A stretch of 64,000 nt of DNA from Microthyrium microscopicum (GCA_010405405.1 MU004234.1:1019275-1083274); one strand, 5' to 3'. Numbered from the stretch's first letter, positions 42,001 through 56,783 are shown. The notes: generated by a model not told the origin, from the sequence alone. Translations and numbers: made by a program.

Positions 42001-44882
42001 GGTTAGTATATAGATAAAGCGTTAGTAGTACTTAATATTTACTAACTAAGCAAATAATAAACTAAATAATATAATATAATAATTTTTTCTTAAGGTAAAA
42101 GAATTATGCCTTTTTATTTAGCGTAGCTACTATCTTTTAATAAATTCTATACTTGTTAATCTATCGTCCTAAGCTAGGAGTTTATCTTATAATTAAGCAA
42201 AGTAGACTTAATTAATAAGGTTCTAATAAACTCTCTTTAAGAACGCTATAGACTATTAACTAAGCCTATCTATAATACCTTAGTATAGTAATACGCCTTC
42301 TAAAGATAAAGTAAAAGAATAATAGGTAGAATATTATTAATTTAGAAGCATATATAAAGTAGCGTATTTTTTAGTAAATAAAAACATTTAGGTAAGTAGT
42401 AAGCCTATTAATATTAGGACGCGTTAAAGGTTTTAATAATATAGACTAAATAAATATTTAGCTAGTATTAACTACGTCATAGTACTTCCCTTAACAATAC
42501 TAAATTAGATTAAACCTTTATCTACCCTTTATTATTTACCTCTTATTATACTATATCTTCTTATATATTAAACTACTATATTAGAAATTTAGAATAACTA
42601 AATATTGTATCTCCTTAAAGCTTTAGAAAGTAATAAAGCTAAACGTATATAGTACTAAGTAAAGATTAATATTATTATTAAAAAGATTTAAAGATTTATT
42701 AATAATACTCTATTACTATTCTTTTATATTATAACTAATCCTATAGTATAATAAGTTTCTACCTAATACTAATATTTATATTAAGATAGAGGTTAAGCAA
42801 TTTAGTAAGCCTATACATAATTTCCTTATAATAATTAAAGGAGAGATTAAATAAGAAGAGTTTAATAACTAGCCCTATAAAGGATGTTTAATATATAACA
42901 AGACGCGTAGTTATAATATAACTATATAAGTAATTAAAAGGCTTAAGAAATAGGTATAATATTAAATTATACTAATATATATATCTATATTCTAACGTTT
43001 ATAGCATTAAGGTTATCTTAAATACTACTAAGGCCCTCTAAATTAAACGCTTATATATATATTCTAATACCTTAATATTATCTTAATAGATATGCCTAAC
43101 TACCTAGACTAAAGTAGTATAAAGTTATATAGTACTATAATAATAGAATTATCTAGAGCATGTATAAATATAGCTAGCCTTATTAAGGAGCTCTACGTAA
43201 CTAGATAGAAGGTAATAATAATACGATTAGAAGTTCTATATAACGCAATACTTAGTATATAACTAATAACGAGATTAATAGGACTAGCTTCATAATACTA
43301 GAATAGGGTCATATCCTTATATATTTAAATAGATATTTAATATAAATCTATAATTAGACTATTTATATATTAATAACTACTATCTTTATATTATAGTTAG
43401 TATATCTTATTATAAGATCTAGTATAAAGAGTTAGACTATGAGATAGTAAGTACTAACTTTATACTAATTAATATTATTATACTAAAATATAGTAGTAAT
43501 CTAATAAAAGTTTCTAAGAATATCTAATATTTATAGTAACTTAGCTAGAGGATTAGAACAATACTAGCTATTCTACTAGTATACTAAGTATTTAATGCAG
43601 TTCTTTTTACTTCTCTTCTTTATTATCTTTTTAGTATCTAAATTTAGTTTATTTAATTTATAGGAATACTACTCTAAGAAAATAAAGATACTATCTCTAA
43701 TTATATTATAATTAGCACTATTAAACGCGTTAACAATATAACGTAATAGTACTTATATATCCTAATTACTATAATAAACCTACTAAAAATACTATTAGTA
43801 TATAACTATAATAGTAGATAATCTAATAGTTAGAGGTATACTATTCTCTAACTCTAGAATAGAAATATAAGAAAGTTCTATTTATTAACTTATATACTAC
43901 GAGCATATAGAATGCTTACCTACGAAATTAATAGAAGTTAGAACTCTTACTTATAAAATTATATTTATCTATTATAGCTAGGTACTATAATCTTAATATT
44001 ATATAGAGCTAACTTCTAGTAATTACCTATTTAGTACGCCTACTACAAAAATATAAAAGTTTTAAAACTCTTGCTAGCTAAAAGTTTAATACGTAGCTTA
44101 GCTAAAAGTTTATAGATATATAACGCTATTCCTAGTAGCTAGTTATAGATTATTTATCCTTTCTACTTAAATTAACTATAATTCATTAGTTATACTTAAC
44201 TATACTTATTATAGATATATAGTACTAATTATCTAAATTATTATCTAGTAGGAGCACTATAATGTTTATAGGTAGGAAGGATATAATAGGTATAGAGTAG
44301 GTAAAGAGAAGAGTAAGAATTCATATAGTAGTAGTTTATACGTTAAGAAGAAGTAAAGTATTAAAGATAGTAAATAAACGTAATATAGGTCTACTAATAA
44401 AGGTCTTAGATTAAATAGTAAAAAGGTAAGTAATAACTATTAAAATAGTACTAGCTAATATTTAATATAGTATTAAACTTACTATTAATTAACGACACGC
44501 TAAATAATAAGTAAATATAAATAAAATAATAATAAGTTAGCTAATTAGTAATTCTATAATAAGAATAGAGGCGGGAATACTATACTAAGTCTAACTCCCG
44601 TAAGTTATAGAGAAAAGAATAGAGTAGTAGAAATATAATAAGTCTATAGGAGGATATAAAAAGATAAACTAGACGAATAAAGCTAATAATATATATCTTA
44701 TAAAAGATATTAATATAGTAGTAGTTAAGATAACGTAGAGCAAGTAGTTCTTACTTAATAAAGTACGATTTATCTAGATAGACGTTTCTATTAGTATTTA
44801 AACCTTTACTAATTATTAAACGTTATAAGACTTTACCTTATTTGTCCTAGATTTTTAATATTTTAATAAGGAGAAGTTTTTA

Positions 44883-45599
44883 CACTTCCTACTTAGTAAT
44901 ACCCTAAGATTTTACATACCCCTTAGGGGTAGCCTAGACTCTAAAATAGTCTTTTTCACTTTTGTAGGGCGTCTCCTTAGCGTAAAGAAATCAACTCTTT
45001 TTAGGTCTAGCTCCTACTAGCTAATAGCTAACGCTTATAGGTCTCTTTAAATTCCTATTAAAAATATATTTTTGATTTGGCTTTGGTCGTGCTTAATAGT
45101 CTTCCTAGACAGAGCCTAATCTTATCTTATCTCTTATTAATAACGATAGACTAATAGAAAGTACATAGATTTATTAAGGCTTAGCATGTTGTTCTTAACT
45201 CGCAATGCTTCAATCTATTCTTCTTCCTCTTTATTACTTCACCTTTTTAATTCTTTCTTAATTCACGTCTAGAACGAGCGCGCGTCTTCATTAATATCGT
45301 CAAAAACGCTTCCCCTTTAGCCTTATCTTTGTCTTACTTTATTACTTTAAGGCACGTCTTTAAACTAACATTTTAGCCCTTTTTGACATTTTTAACTAAT
45401 TTTCAACATAGGTTTGACGCGTTTAGAACGCGCTTCAACAAGGTAACAACTCCTAGAATTAACGCTTTTCAAATTATTAGTTTGGGTGCAGCTACTACTA
45501 AGGACTTTAATCTTAACGACGGTTGGGGCGTCCTTAGTAATAGGGTCTAAGTAACCCTTAGGGGGTGTGTGGAAACTTAGGGTGTTGCGACGTAGAGTG
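44883..45599. mobile_element. ~720-bp non-autonomous inverted-repeat (MITE-like) element, TA-flanked
   Basis: TA|CACT..TAATACCCTAAGATTTTACATACCCCTTAGGGGTAGCCTAGACTCTA vs reverse-complement right end TA|CACT..CAACACCCTAAGTTTCCACACACCCCCTAAGGGTTACTTAGACCCTA (~60-bp imperfect IR). The interior is visibly less RIP-mutated than its surroundings. The IR may extend ~15 bp further out. Confidence 0.5.
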
Positions 45600-46039
45600 T
45601 ATAGAAACTTGTCCTCTGTTTTAATAATATTTAATTAGTCCTAACCTATAACAACGACAAAATTCCTATTGTAGGATACGAATACTAACTTCGTACTCCT
45701 TATTATCTATATAATTATTTCGCTTCTACTTTACACTATAAAGTTACTATAATATCTAAGGTTATTATACTAGAAACATAGTAAAATTAGGCGGTTAAAT
45801 AATAAGTATTTAGTTATATCTTCCAAATTAGGTAAAAATAGCAAATAGTAATGCTTTATATATTTATAAAGGATATGATTAACGAGCGTATATATTAGAT
45901 ATAGAAGTAGAAGAGTACTAAAATTAATATAGTTATAAAGAACTAAGGGAAGAATATAGTATTAAGCAAGCTATTAAAACTATTTAGTAATACCTAGTAT
46001 AGTAATAATAGAGAAGACTTTATTATACTAACTTAATAG

Positions 46040-46520
46040 ATAACAAAGATAGTATCTCTAAGTTAAATCTATCTTAGTATACTTTTAAGAGCTACTACTT
46101 AGCTAATAAAGACACTATCTCTAGATTAAAACTAGCGCGGCTATTTTAGAGAACTACTATATAACTAACGTAAATACTATCTCTAGATTAAAACTAATGC
46201 AACTATTTTTAATTAATACGAATTAGCTAATAAAGAAACTATCCCTAGATTAAAACTAATATAACTATTTTTAAGCGATACGAATTAGCTAACAAAGAAA
46301 CTATCCCTATATTAAAACTAATGCGACTATTTTTAAGCGATACAAATTAGCTAATAAAGAAACTATTTCCAAATTAAAATCGCTACGGCTATTTTTAAGC
46401 GATACAATACAGCTAATAAAGAAACTATTTCTAAATTAAAACCACTATAGCTATTTTTAAACGATACGATACGACTAATAAAGAAACTATACCTAAATCT
46501 AAACCACTATAGCCTTTTTA
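46040..46520. repeat. 62-bp minisatellite, ~8 diverged units
   Basis: GCTAAYAAAGAAACTAT...ATTAAAAC...CTATTTTTAAGCGATAC units at 46102, ~46163, 46226, 46288, 46350, 46412 and 46474. Confidence 0.88.
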
Positions 46521-49500
46521 AATATATATTATATAGGTGGCACGGCTAATACTAGTACGTTAGATTCTAAGGAGCGATTTTTAAAAGGTACTTATCTAAC
46601 TATATAATTAATATAAATACTTGCTAACTATATAAGATTTTAGCCTTTAAGAGAATATACTATATATATTTTATATACTATATAAAAAGGCGTCTCTTTT
46701 ACTTATATTTAGGACGTATACTCTATTTAATGCAAATATATTTAGATATTTATAATACCTTAGTAAATAAATAGGAAGTAATTAGTAGATATAGAATATA
46801 GTAAAAGTCTATATAATATATAAGTATATTTCTTAAAGTATAGCTATTTATATAAGGTACGTTATAAGATCCTATATATTAAAAAGGCTAAGATATACTA
46901 ATATATTAGAAGTAATACTATAAGTTATATATTTCTAAATTATTTGCTATATCTATAGTATGTATAAAAATAAGGATAAGCCTACTTGCTAAAGCATTTA
47001 AATCGCAAAAGGATAATTAAAGTTAGAAATAAAGAATAACGTAGGTTATATATAAAAACTAAACTATAGGTAGGTATATTATTTAACGTTAGCCTAAATA
47101 AGTCTAACGTTAAATAACATACCTAGTTAACGCTTTAATATTAAGCTATAAATAGAGCAAATATTAAGCTAATATTATAGTTTCCTAAGTTAAATCTTTA
47201 AATATTAAGATTAACTAAACTAGTAAGCTAATTAATACTAAATCTTTAACTCCTTAGCTATAGACTTTACTAATTTATCTATAATACTAATTATTAACTC
47301 TAGTTTCTAGAAAATAGTAAGAAGTAAATATAAATAACTATTATTTCTAATATAATATAAGCATAATATAGGCTAATTATTACGTATAAGTAAGTATAAT
47401 TAGTTTATTAACTAGTTTTACTAACTACTATACTAGGATAGATGAAAGCAAGATAGTATATTTAAGATAACTAAGTAGAATTAAATAGGTAACTAGATAA
47501 ACGGCTATTTATATTATATTTATATAAGTAAGTATTTCTTAAATTTTAGACTTTCTATATACTAATTATACATCAATAATATATAATATAATTACTATTA
47601 CTAAACTATTACTTAGAGGTATGTCTTAATAAGTACGTTAAGTTTCTAGTAACCTATAATACTAATAAAATAGATATAGAACGCTATAATACTTATAGTA
47701 TACTATATTCTTATTACTTATTATATATATAGATGTATTAAATTAGCCTTAAGATGCTTAGTCTATAATAAAATATATTATTACGTTTATTACTATCTAT
47801 AAAATATACTAAAAGTAAGACCTAACTAAATGCCTATTATAGTCTTTTAATAACCTATAACTATTACCCTAAACAAGATAATTAAAAGAGTTCTAGGGAT
47901 AGCTTATTATAATACTATAGGCTCCTATAATTATTAGCTAAGAAGGACTAGTTAAATTAAGTAATAGTAAAATACTAATTATAGCAATATTACCTCTTAT
48001 AACTATTACCTATTAAGATATACCTAATTTAAGTATTAGAGAAAGTCTTTATTCTAATACTATAAGCTAACCTATAAGCCTAAATACCCTAAAGAATATT
48101 ACTACTAAAGCTAAAAACCTACCCATCTACTACTAGCTTAATAGAAACTATTTATTAATTTATATAGAAGATATAATATAACTACTACTCTTTAGTAGTT
48201 ACTAAATTATATAGTTACTTATACTAAGTAGAATTCTACTTACTAATAATATAGCCTTTATAATTAATTAAGATAGTAGTATTTAGACATAAGGCTAAAC
48301 TTAATACCTACTAAACTAGTACTATATATACTATATAAATATATAAGACTACTTACCCTATCCTTTATATAACTAGCAATATAGTACTTATAAATAAGTA
48401 AAATAGTATCTAGAGCCCTAATAACTCTTACTAAATAGGTATCTAAGCTACTATAGAAGAATATAACTTAGTTATGCTAACTAAAGTCTTAGCGTTAGTA
48501 TTCTTAAATATAACTTATAAATTATATCTTAACCTAACCTTATTATTCTTACCTACTAGGCCTTCCTCTACCTCTCTAACGAAGCTAAGTAAACTACTTA
48601 AATCTGTACTACTCTTAATACTTACGCTAGCCTTATTAACCTTAATTTACTTACTATTTAGACTCTTCTCTCTATATTCTTTACTAGCTTATCTATCCTA
48701 CGCTTATAGCTTTATATTACCCTTACTAACTATACTACTACTATCTTATATAATTTTACTCTATAGGCTTACTAGCTTATTAAAGGAAGCAAACTATTTA
48801 ATACTTATAATATATTTTGCTATACTATTAAACCTAACGCTATTATTTTGCTTAATTATTTTAGTTAACTAGGCGAAATTATTAGTAGTCTCTAAGTAAC
48901 TAATATTATTTACTAAGTTAACTAAGATAAAGGCATAAGCCTATATAACGATTTTAAGGCTACTTATTATAGTAGTATAAGTATCTATATCTGCCGCCTA
49001 GAAAGATATAGCTAGAGTAAGGATAAAAAGTACTATAACTATACTAGAGTACTACTTAGAGCTATTACCTATTTTATATTTAGATAAGCTCTCTATTAGT
49101 ATAATAGAATATAAAGGACTTTACTCTATAGTAGGTAACTATAGATTAGTTAGACTATCTATAACTAGTATTATAACTACTTTAAAGACAATCTAGGACA
49201 AAAAGAATAAGAAATAAGAATTAGAGTACTATAAAGTCTAGGAAGTATTTATTTAGGTAATTTAGCTTAGTAATAATATTACGAGTAACGAATTCTATAA
49301 TATAATAATGGCTACCTTTATTAATTACTATAAAGAGTTTACTTTATAGTACTACTATAGAGTAGCTAGACTACCTCTAGCTAATAGTTACTACAACTAC
49401 TTTAAGGTAGTTTCTATATAAAGATTACGTATAAGGAAGTTAAATATAGTTTATTATTAGAATATACTAGTTATACTTCTATAATAGGTATTTACCTAAG

Positions 49501-51478
49501 TTCTAGTTATATAAGGGAGCGCAAGTATTAATTTTAAGTAGAATAAAGATAGAGTTATTAAGGGCTAGATGCCTAGAACTATAAGCGTAGTAATATCTTT
49601 ATTAATAATATAGTATACCTTTAATAAAAGCTACTAAATAGATCTAAACGTATATTAATTTATAGTAATATTATACTACTACTTTTAAATTATATCTTTA
49701 CTATAGTAAGACTAATAAGGTATCTAGTAATAACGCCTAAGAATTATAAGCATAGTAGCTAGATACTTAAAATTATAGGTATAAAATAAGTAGAGCTTCT
49801 ACCTTCTTACTAATATCTTACTATAGATTAACTATACTTCTAAGACTTTATAGTCTTCTAATAGACATTAGAAGAAGAAGCATAGCTTATAATATTAATA
49901 TTAAACTAGATAGAGCAACTAAAGGCTATATTCTAAGTAATAAAAGACCTAGTATAAGTAGCATCCTTACCTTATTATACTTATCTTATATTATAGCAAT
50001 ACTAATAATATTAATACTTATTAGCTTACTAAGGATATACTTTTTCCTATCTAGTCTCCTTAGTTCTCTTAGGCTATCTACCCTTAGTAAGTAATTTTAT
50101 AGCCTTAACTATAACTTCTATATAAAACTTTACGTATCTTAATAAAAAATTTATTATCTAATTCCTAGTACGTATAAGGAATTTAGAAACTAGAATATAA
50201 AAGATAATTTATAGAATTATTACTAAATAAAAATAGAATAGCTAAGTAAGCTAGTTAATCTTTAACTTCTTTCTTAGTATATTATATATCTATTTATAGT
50301 ATAATTTTAAGTTACTTACTACTAGAGTTAGTAGTACTACTAGGTAAAGTAATAAATAAAGATAAAATATTAAAGAATAAAATATTATATAGTAGTAGAA
50401 GTTTATAGTAAGTTATAGTTTATATAAATATACTATATTATATATTATTATATAGTAGTAAATAGCTTTATATAATATTATATAATATTAAACGTATTAA
50501 CTACTATTAAACTATATTAAATTATATTAAACTATATTAAACTATATTAAATAATATTAAACGTTATTAAACGTTATTAAATACTCCTATATAAATACCT
50601 AAATAAATACTTAAATATTTTAAATGTTTTAGCTTAGATTAGGGATTACTAAAGTATAAGAACCTAGGTAACAAGTTAATACTTAGGATGCTTTTACTAA
50701 TAGTCCTTATATAATAAGATATATATTTTTAATAAGTTTATTTCACCTAATTATTTTTACTTAATTAACTATAAATTAATACTTATAATAGTAATTATTC
50801 TTCTACTAGACTATCTATATAGACAATATAATCTATATACTATAAGTAATAGCATTCTATTCTAATATACTATATAAAAAAGAATTATTAATAAACTAAC
50901 CTTCCTTATAATAATCTAGTCTAGCTATTTCTATTAGTAAGGTTCTATATATTTACTAATAAAAAATAAGAACTCTATAAATACTTTTACTAATAGTACT
51001 AGGAAGTAGTCTAACGTAGTATTTTATAATTAAATTAGGCTATACTAAAAGTAAATTAATATAGTAGTTTTTTTTTTAATAGCTAATAGTAAATATCTTT
51101 AAGCCTACCTATTAGCGCCTATAATTAGTACTAGCCTTAATAACAAAGAAATAATATATATAACTAGCTACAATACTTCTAATTAATATACTCCTATATA
51201 CTGCCTACACTTAGGCGACATATACAAGTTAGTTTCTTATAATAAGGGTATAGCGTATATAATAAAGTAAGTATAACTTATTAATATTTTAATAATACGT
51301 ACGTACTAATAGTAATAAAAACGTAAATAACGATACTTAAGTATAACTATACTATTATACTTAGATAGAGACTAGTTATACGTACTACTATCTATTAATT
51401 ATACTATATTAGATATTAGTTATACTATATACTAATACTAAACTATTCTAAGTAAGAGGTTATATATACTAAGACTAT

Positions 51479-52038
51479 NNNNNNNNNNNNNNNNNNNNNN
51501 NNNNNNNNNNNNNNNNNNNNNNNNNNNNNNNNNNNNNNNNNNNNNNNNNNNNNNNNNNNNNNNNNNNNNNNNNNNNNNNNNNNNNNNNNNNNNNNNNNNN
51601 NNNNNNNNNNNNNNNNNNNNNNNNNNNNNNNNNNNNNNNNNNNNNNNNNNNNNNNNNNNNNNNNNNNNNNNNNNNNNNNNNNNNNNNNNNNNNNNNNNNN
51701 NNNNNNNNNNNNNNNNNNNNNNNNNNNNNNNNNNNNNNNNNNNNNNNNNNNNNNNNNNNNNNNNNNNNNNNNNNNNNNNNNNNNNNNNNNNNNNNNNNNN
51801 NNNNNNNNNNNNNNNNNNNNNNNNNNNNNNNNNNNNNNNNNNNNNNNNNNNNNNNNNNNNNNNNNNNNNNNNNNNNNNNNNNNNNNNNNNNNNNNNNNNN
51901 NNNNNNNNNNNNNNNNNNNNNNNNNNNNNNNNNNNNNNNNNNNNNNNNNNNNNNNNNNNNNNNNNNNNNNNNNNNNNNNNNNNNNNNNNNNNNNNNNNNN
52001 NNNNNNNNNNNNNNNNNNNNNNNNNNNNNNNNNNNNNN
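51479..52038. other. Assembly gap (560 N)
   Basis: Run of N. Confidence 1.
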
Positions 52039-53564
52039 ATTAGCTTAATTAGATAAAATATATAATACTACTAATTATATTAAACCCTACCTAACTAAAT
52101 AACCTAAATACCTTAAAAGCAATGCTATTAAAATTAGATTATTATTAAATATACTATATAAGTAACCTAGCATACTACTAATATAATCTCCTTTCTTCTT
52201 TATTATAACTCCTATCTATCTAATATTATTATTTAAGTATATAAAATACTATATAGGACTAGAGACTAGATAGTAATTTAGGAGGCTACTACTATATAAT
52301 AGCTTATTATTAAAGATCTAACTATAGAAAGGTTCTAATATAAAATACTAACTAGTTTTATAGTAATACTCTAAAAGCTAGAAAGTTCTAATTAAAACTA
52401 CTTTCTAACTCTCTAGTAACGATCTAAAAGCTAAGATATTTAAATTAAAACTACCTATTAGTTATCTAGTAACAATCTAAAAGCTAGCGTATTTAAGTTA
52501 AGACTACTTACTAATAAACTAATATTATATTTACTAGCTACTCCCTTTAAACTTTACTATATAATAGAATAAATAAGTAGTAAGTATAGTATATTTCTTA
52601 AATTATATATTTTAAGAGATTTCTAATATTATAGTAGTCCTTAAACTAGTAATTACGCTATAATTTTAGCTATACTATCCTAAGCTTCTCTCTAGAAGAT
52701 TCTTATTAAAGTTAAAACTATAATTATATAAGACTTAGAGCTATTTAAGGAGCCTAGTACTCTAAAGAAGTTATCTAAGACTATTTATTAGTTCTTTAGC
52801 CTTATTTTAATAGCTAGAATATTTAAGTTAGAACTACTTAAAGATTAATTATTTAAACTTAAGACGTATCTATTATCTATTTAGGTTACTACTATTATTA
52901 GCCCTTAGGAAGATATTTATCTAAACCCTAATATAAATAAGATTAGCTTATTATAGTAATTATTCTTTATACAATATTAGACTTAAAAGATTTAGGTCTC
53001 TATTATTATTTATACTTAGGAATATTTTAATCTAAAGCTTAATATAACTAGAAGTAGCTTACTATAGTATAGACTATATTTAAATATAATATTAATAATA
53101 ATAAGTATACGCTAAATCTAGCCTTTAATATATTTAAACTACATAATAGATATAACTAAGAGTAGTTAAGCCTATTCTAGGCAGACTCTAATATTATTTA
53201 ATACTCCTTATAACTACTAAGCCTTTAGAAGCTTTAGGAATTTACTTACTTACTATAGCACTAGTTATATTTAAATATAAGGTTTTAGTTTAGAAGAGCA
53301 TATTAGTATATAATATACTAAGTAATAATAATAGAGACCTCTAGCCTAAATTAAAGTTAATAACTATAGGTAATAAGTACTTACTAAATTACTCTTCTAT
53401 ATATACTAATAAGAGTACTAGTTACTATAAATAAATAATTAAATATAATAGTATACTAGCACTACTTAAAGTTAGTAACTATAGTATACGTAAAAGGTAA
53501 GTCTCTCTTTATATTATTTAACTAAGACTAATATCTATAGTATTATACTCTCTTAATTCTATAT

Positions 53565-55114
53565 TCTTAATAATACTACTAATATAACTATTAACTACTC
53601 TTCTCTAGATTATAGATATCCTTATAGACTACTTAAGACATACTTAGCTTTATATCTTTAGAACTAATAATACTAACATCCTTATATTAATAAGAAGTCT
53701 AAATTCACTTATAGCATATTAGCTATATTAGAAATAAACTTAAACATTAGTAAAAACATCTCTATATATCTTACTTAAGACTATACTAATTAACGCTAAG
53801 AACTATAAATATACTAATTATTAGCTATTCTATTTAATTAATAAAATAAGTTACCTAAATAGTAAAAGCTAAATATAAAAGCAAAAATACGCCTAAAAAG
53901 CCTAACTTAAGAAGCTTATAAATAGGATACATTACTAGAACTCGTACTATTAATATAGCTAAAATTAAGGCTAGGTAGTTAAAATCTCTAAGTTTAATAA
54001 TAGGAACCTCCTTTATATTAATAAGGCTTATATATAAGATACGCTACTAGAACTTATACTATTAATATAGCTAAAATTAAGGCTAGGTTATAAAATCTCT
54101 AAAATTAATAATGCTAACCTTCTCTATATTAGTAAGAAATCTAAATTTACTTATAGTATATTACCTTCCTTAATTATAGATATAATTATATATAAAAATA
54201 GTTATAAATATATTCCTTAAGATAATCTTAACTAACTTTAAAAACTATAAATATACTAAAAGCTAGCTAATACTAACTNNNNNNNNNNTCTTAATAATAT
54301 TACTAATATAACTATTAACTACTTTTCTCTAGATTATAAATATCCTTATAGACTACCTAAGATATACTTAGCCTTATATCTCTAGAACTAATAATACTAA
54401 TATTCCTATATTAATAAGAAATCTAAATTTACTTATAGTATATTAGCTATATTAGAAATAGACTTAGATATTAGTAGAAATACCTTTATATATTCTCCTT
54501 AAGACTATACTAATTAACGCTAAGAACTATAAATGTACTAGTTATTAGCTATCTTATTTAATTAATAGAATAAGCTACCTAAATAGTAAAAGCTAAATAT
54601 AAAGGCAAAAATATGCCTAAAAAGCCTAACTTAAGAAGCTTATAGATAGAATACGTTACTAAAACTTATACTACTAATATAGTAAAAGTTAAGGCTAGGT
54701 AGTTAAAATCTCTAAGTTTAATAATAGAAACCTCCTCTATATTAATAAGGCTTATATATAAGATATACTACTAGAACTTATACTATTAATATAGCTAAAA
54801 TTAAGGCTAAGTAGTTAAAATCTCTAAGTTTAATAATAGGAACCTTCTTTATATTAATAAGGCTTACGTATAAGATATACTATTAGAACTTATACTATTA
54901 ATATAGCCAAAATTAAGGCTAGGTTATAAAATCTCTAAAACTAATAATACTAACCTCTTTTATATTAATAAGAAATCTAAATTTACTTATAGTATATTAC
55001 CTTTCTTAATTATAGACGCAATTATATATAAAAATAGTTATAAATATATTCCTTAAGATAATCTTAACTAACTTTAAAAACTATAAATATACTAAAAGCT
55101 AGCTAATACTAACT
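53565..55114. repeat. Tandem block duplication (714 bp and 826 bp) around a 10-N gap, with internal ~112-bp sub-repeats
   Basis: Copy 1 spans 53565-54278 and copy 2 spans 54289-55114. Both start TCTTAATAAT and end AGCTAGCTAATACTAACT; copy 2 has one extra 112-bp unit. Confidence 0.88.
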
Positions 55115-56783
55115 AACTAATATCTTTTAAATTAATAATAAGAACCTTATACTTCTAAAGATAATATATAGTTTGCTATAGACTTATTATTAAGTACCTT
55201 AAATATAGGCTCCTAGTAGAATAAGCCTATTATTAGCTACCTTAAGTATAGATTTATAAATAAGCTAAAATAGTCCTAGTTAAATTAATTAAGGCTAGTT
55301 ATCTAATATTAAGAATTTTAAATATACTAAACTTAAACTCTTACCTACTATATACTTAATAAAACTAGGATCTTCTAGTTATATAATAGATTATAAAGAG
55401 ATACTTAAGTAACTAAAAGCACTATACTAATTAAAGATAATAACTTTATTATAGTATTAAAATATAACTAAATAAACTAGTAAGACTTAACTATTACCTA
55501 GTAAAAATATAATTATTTAGAACTTAAAGCTATTTAATAAGCTAGCTTTACATAGTAGCTATAAAAAGTACTAGTTTCTTCCTAAGCTAATAAATTCTAA
55601 CTTTATTCCTAAGATCCTAGTTAATAAATTTTAAGTCTTATATTATAAATAGTATAAAGGTTTTTACTTATATTATAAGTTTAATATCATACAAAAGTAT
55701 AATAAAGACTAGTTCTTAAAGACGCTTTATTATTTAAGTACTAATACTAGTTTATTTACTTAGTAGAAATAATAGATTAGTAATAGTAAATAGGAAAATA
55801 AAAAGTACCTTTCTACGTACTCTATTTACCTTAATAGTATTAATACTTAGCTAATTAATTCTATAGAACTAGCTTTTATAAATAGAGTAGCTTACTATAT
55901 ACTACGCTATTAGGAACTACTTTAACAACTAGGTAGTTTAGATAGTTAGACTTAATATATATCATTAAGTTGCTATAGTATTATATAGCTACCTTTAAGT
56001 TATATCTTTAATATCTTAAAACTAAGAAAATTTCTAGTAATAACATTTAGAATAAAAATAATAAGAAATAAGAAGTAAATTATTATAAAGTCTAGAAAGT
56101 ACCTTTCTATACTATTTAGTTTATAGATAAAATACTTAAGAGTATCCTCTATATATAGATAAAATAGGATAAACTATATATTAGCTAAAATAAAGTACTT
56201 ACGTCTTAATACGTATAGTTTAACTAAATAAGATATCTTAATATTATTAAATTAGCTTTAATTATTTAATATATTTAGTAGAAGTACTTATACGCTATTT
56301 CTCATTTATAGCTACTTTATATATATATAGATAAGGAATAGTAGCTAGCATATAACTAATAGGTTAATCTAACTATTAGTAAGTAGGAGAATTATAACTA
56401 AGGTAATATTTATACTAGTTTATATTACTTAAAAGAAATACTACGCTATAGTATAAAAAGATATAGATAGTATATAGTATAAAGTAATTAACTTTTAAGC
56501 TATAACTAACTTATATTAATAAAGGCTAATAGATAGTTATATATAAATAACTACGTAAGTACTTTTACTATAGTAGTAATTAGAATCTATAAGAGTTCTA
56601 TAAAGTATTATAATATAAGAAGCTAACGTATAAGGTATTATATTAATTTTAATCCTCTCTAATATCTTATTATAGGTTCTACCTAACTATATTCTAAAAC
56701 GTATCTTACTATAAGTACTAATATAATTTAGACTATAAATATAATACTACTATAAAAAGGTCTAGACATTAGATTATTCTATA

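Noticed and set aside
46040..46520. CRISPR-like array
   Set aside because: Eukaryotic context, and the whole 62-bp units are homologous with no unique spacers and no cas genes.
47071..47130. Helitron 3' end (hairpin + CTAG)
   Set aside because: The CTAG overlaps the stem rather than lying ~10 nt downstream, CTAG is ubiquitous after RIP, and no Rep/PIF1 motifs were recognised.
48474..48872. 132-aa Leu-rich ORF
   Set aside because: The TTA/CTA codons are most simply RIPped Ser/Pro codons of a low-complexity relic, not a functional membrane protein.
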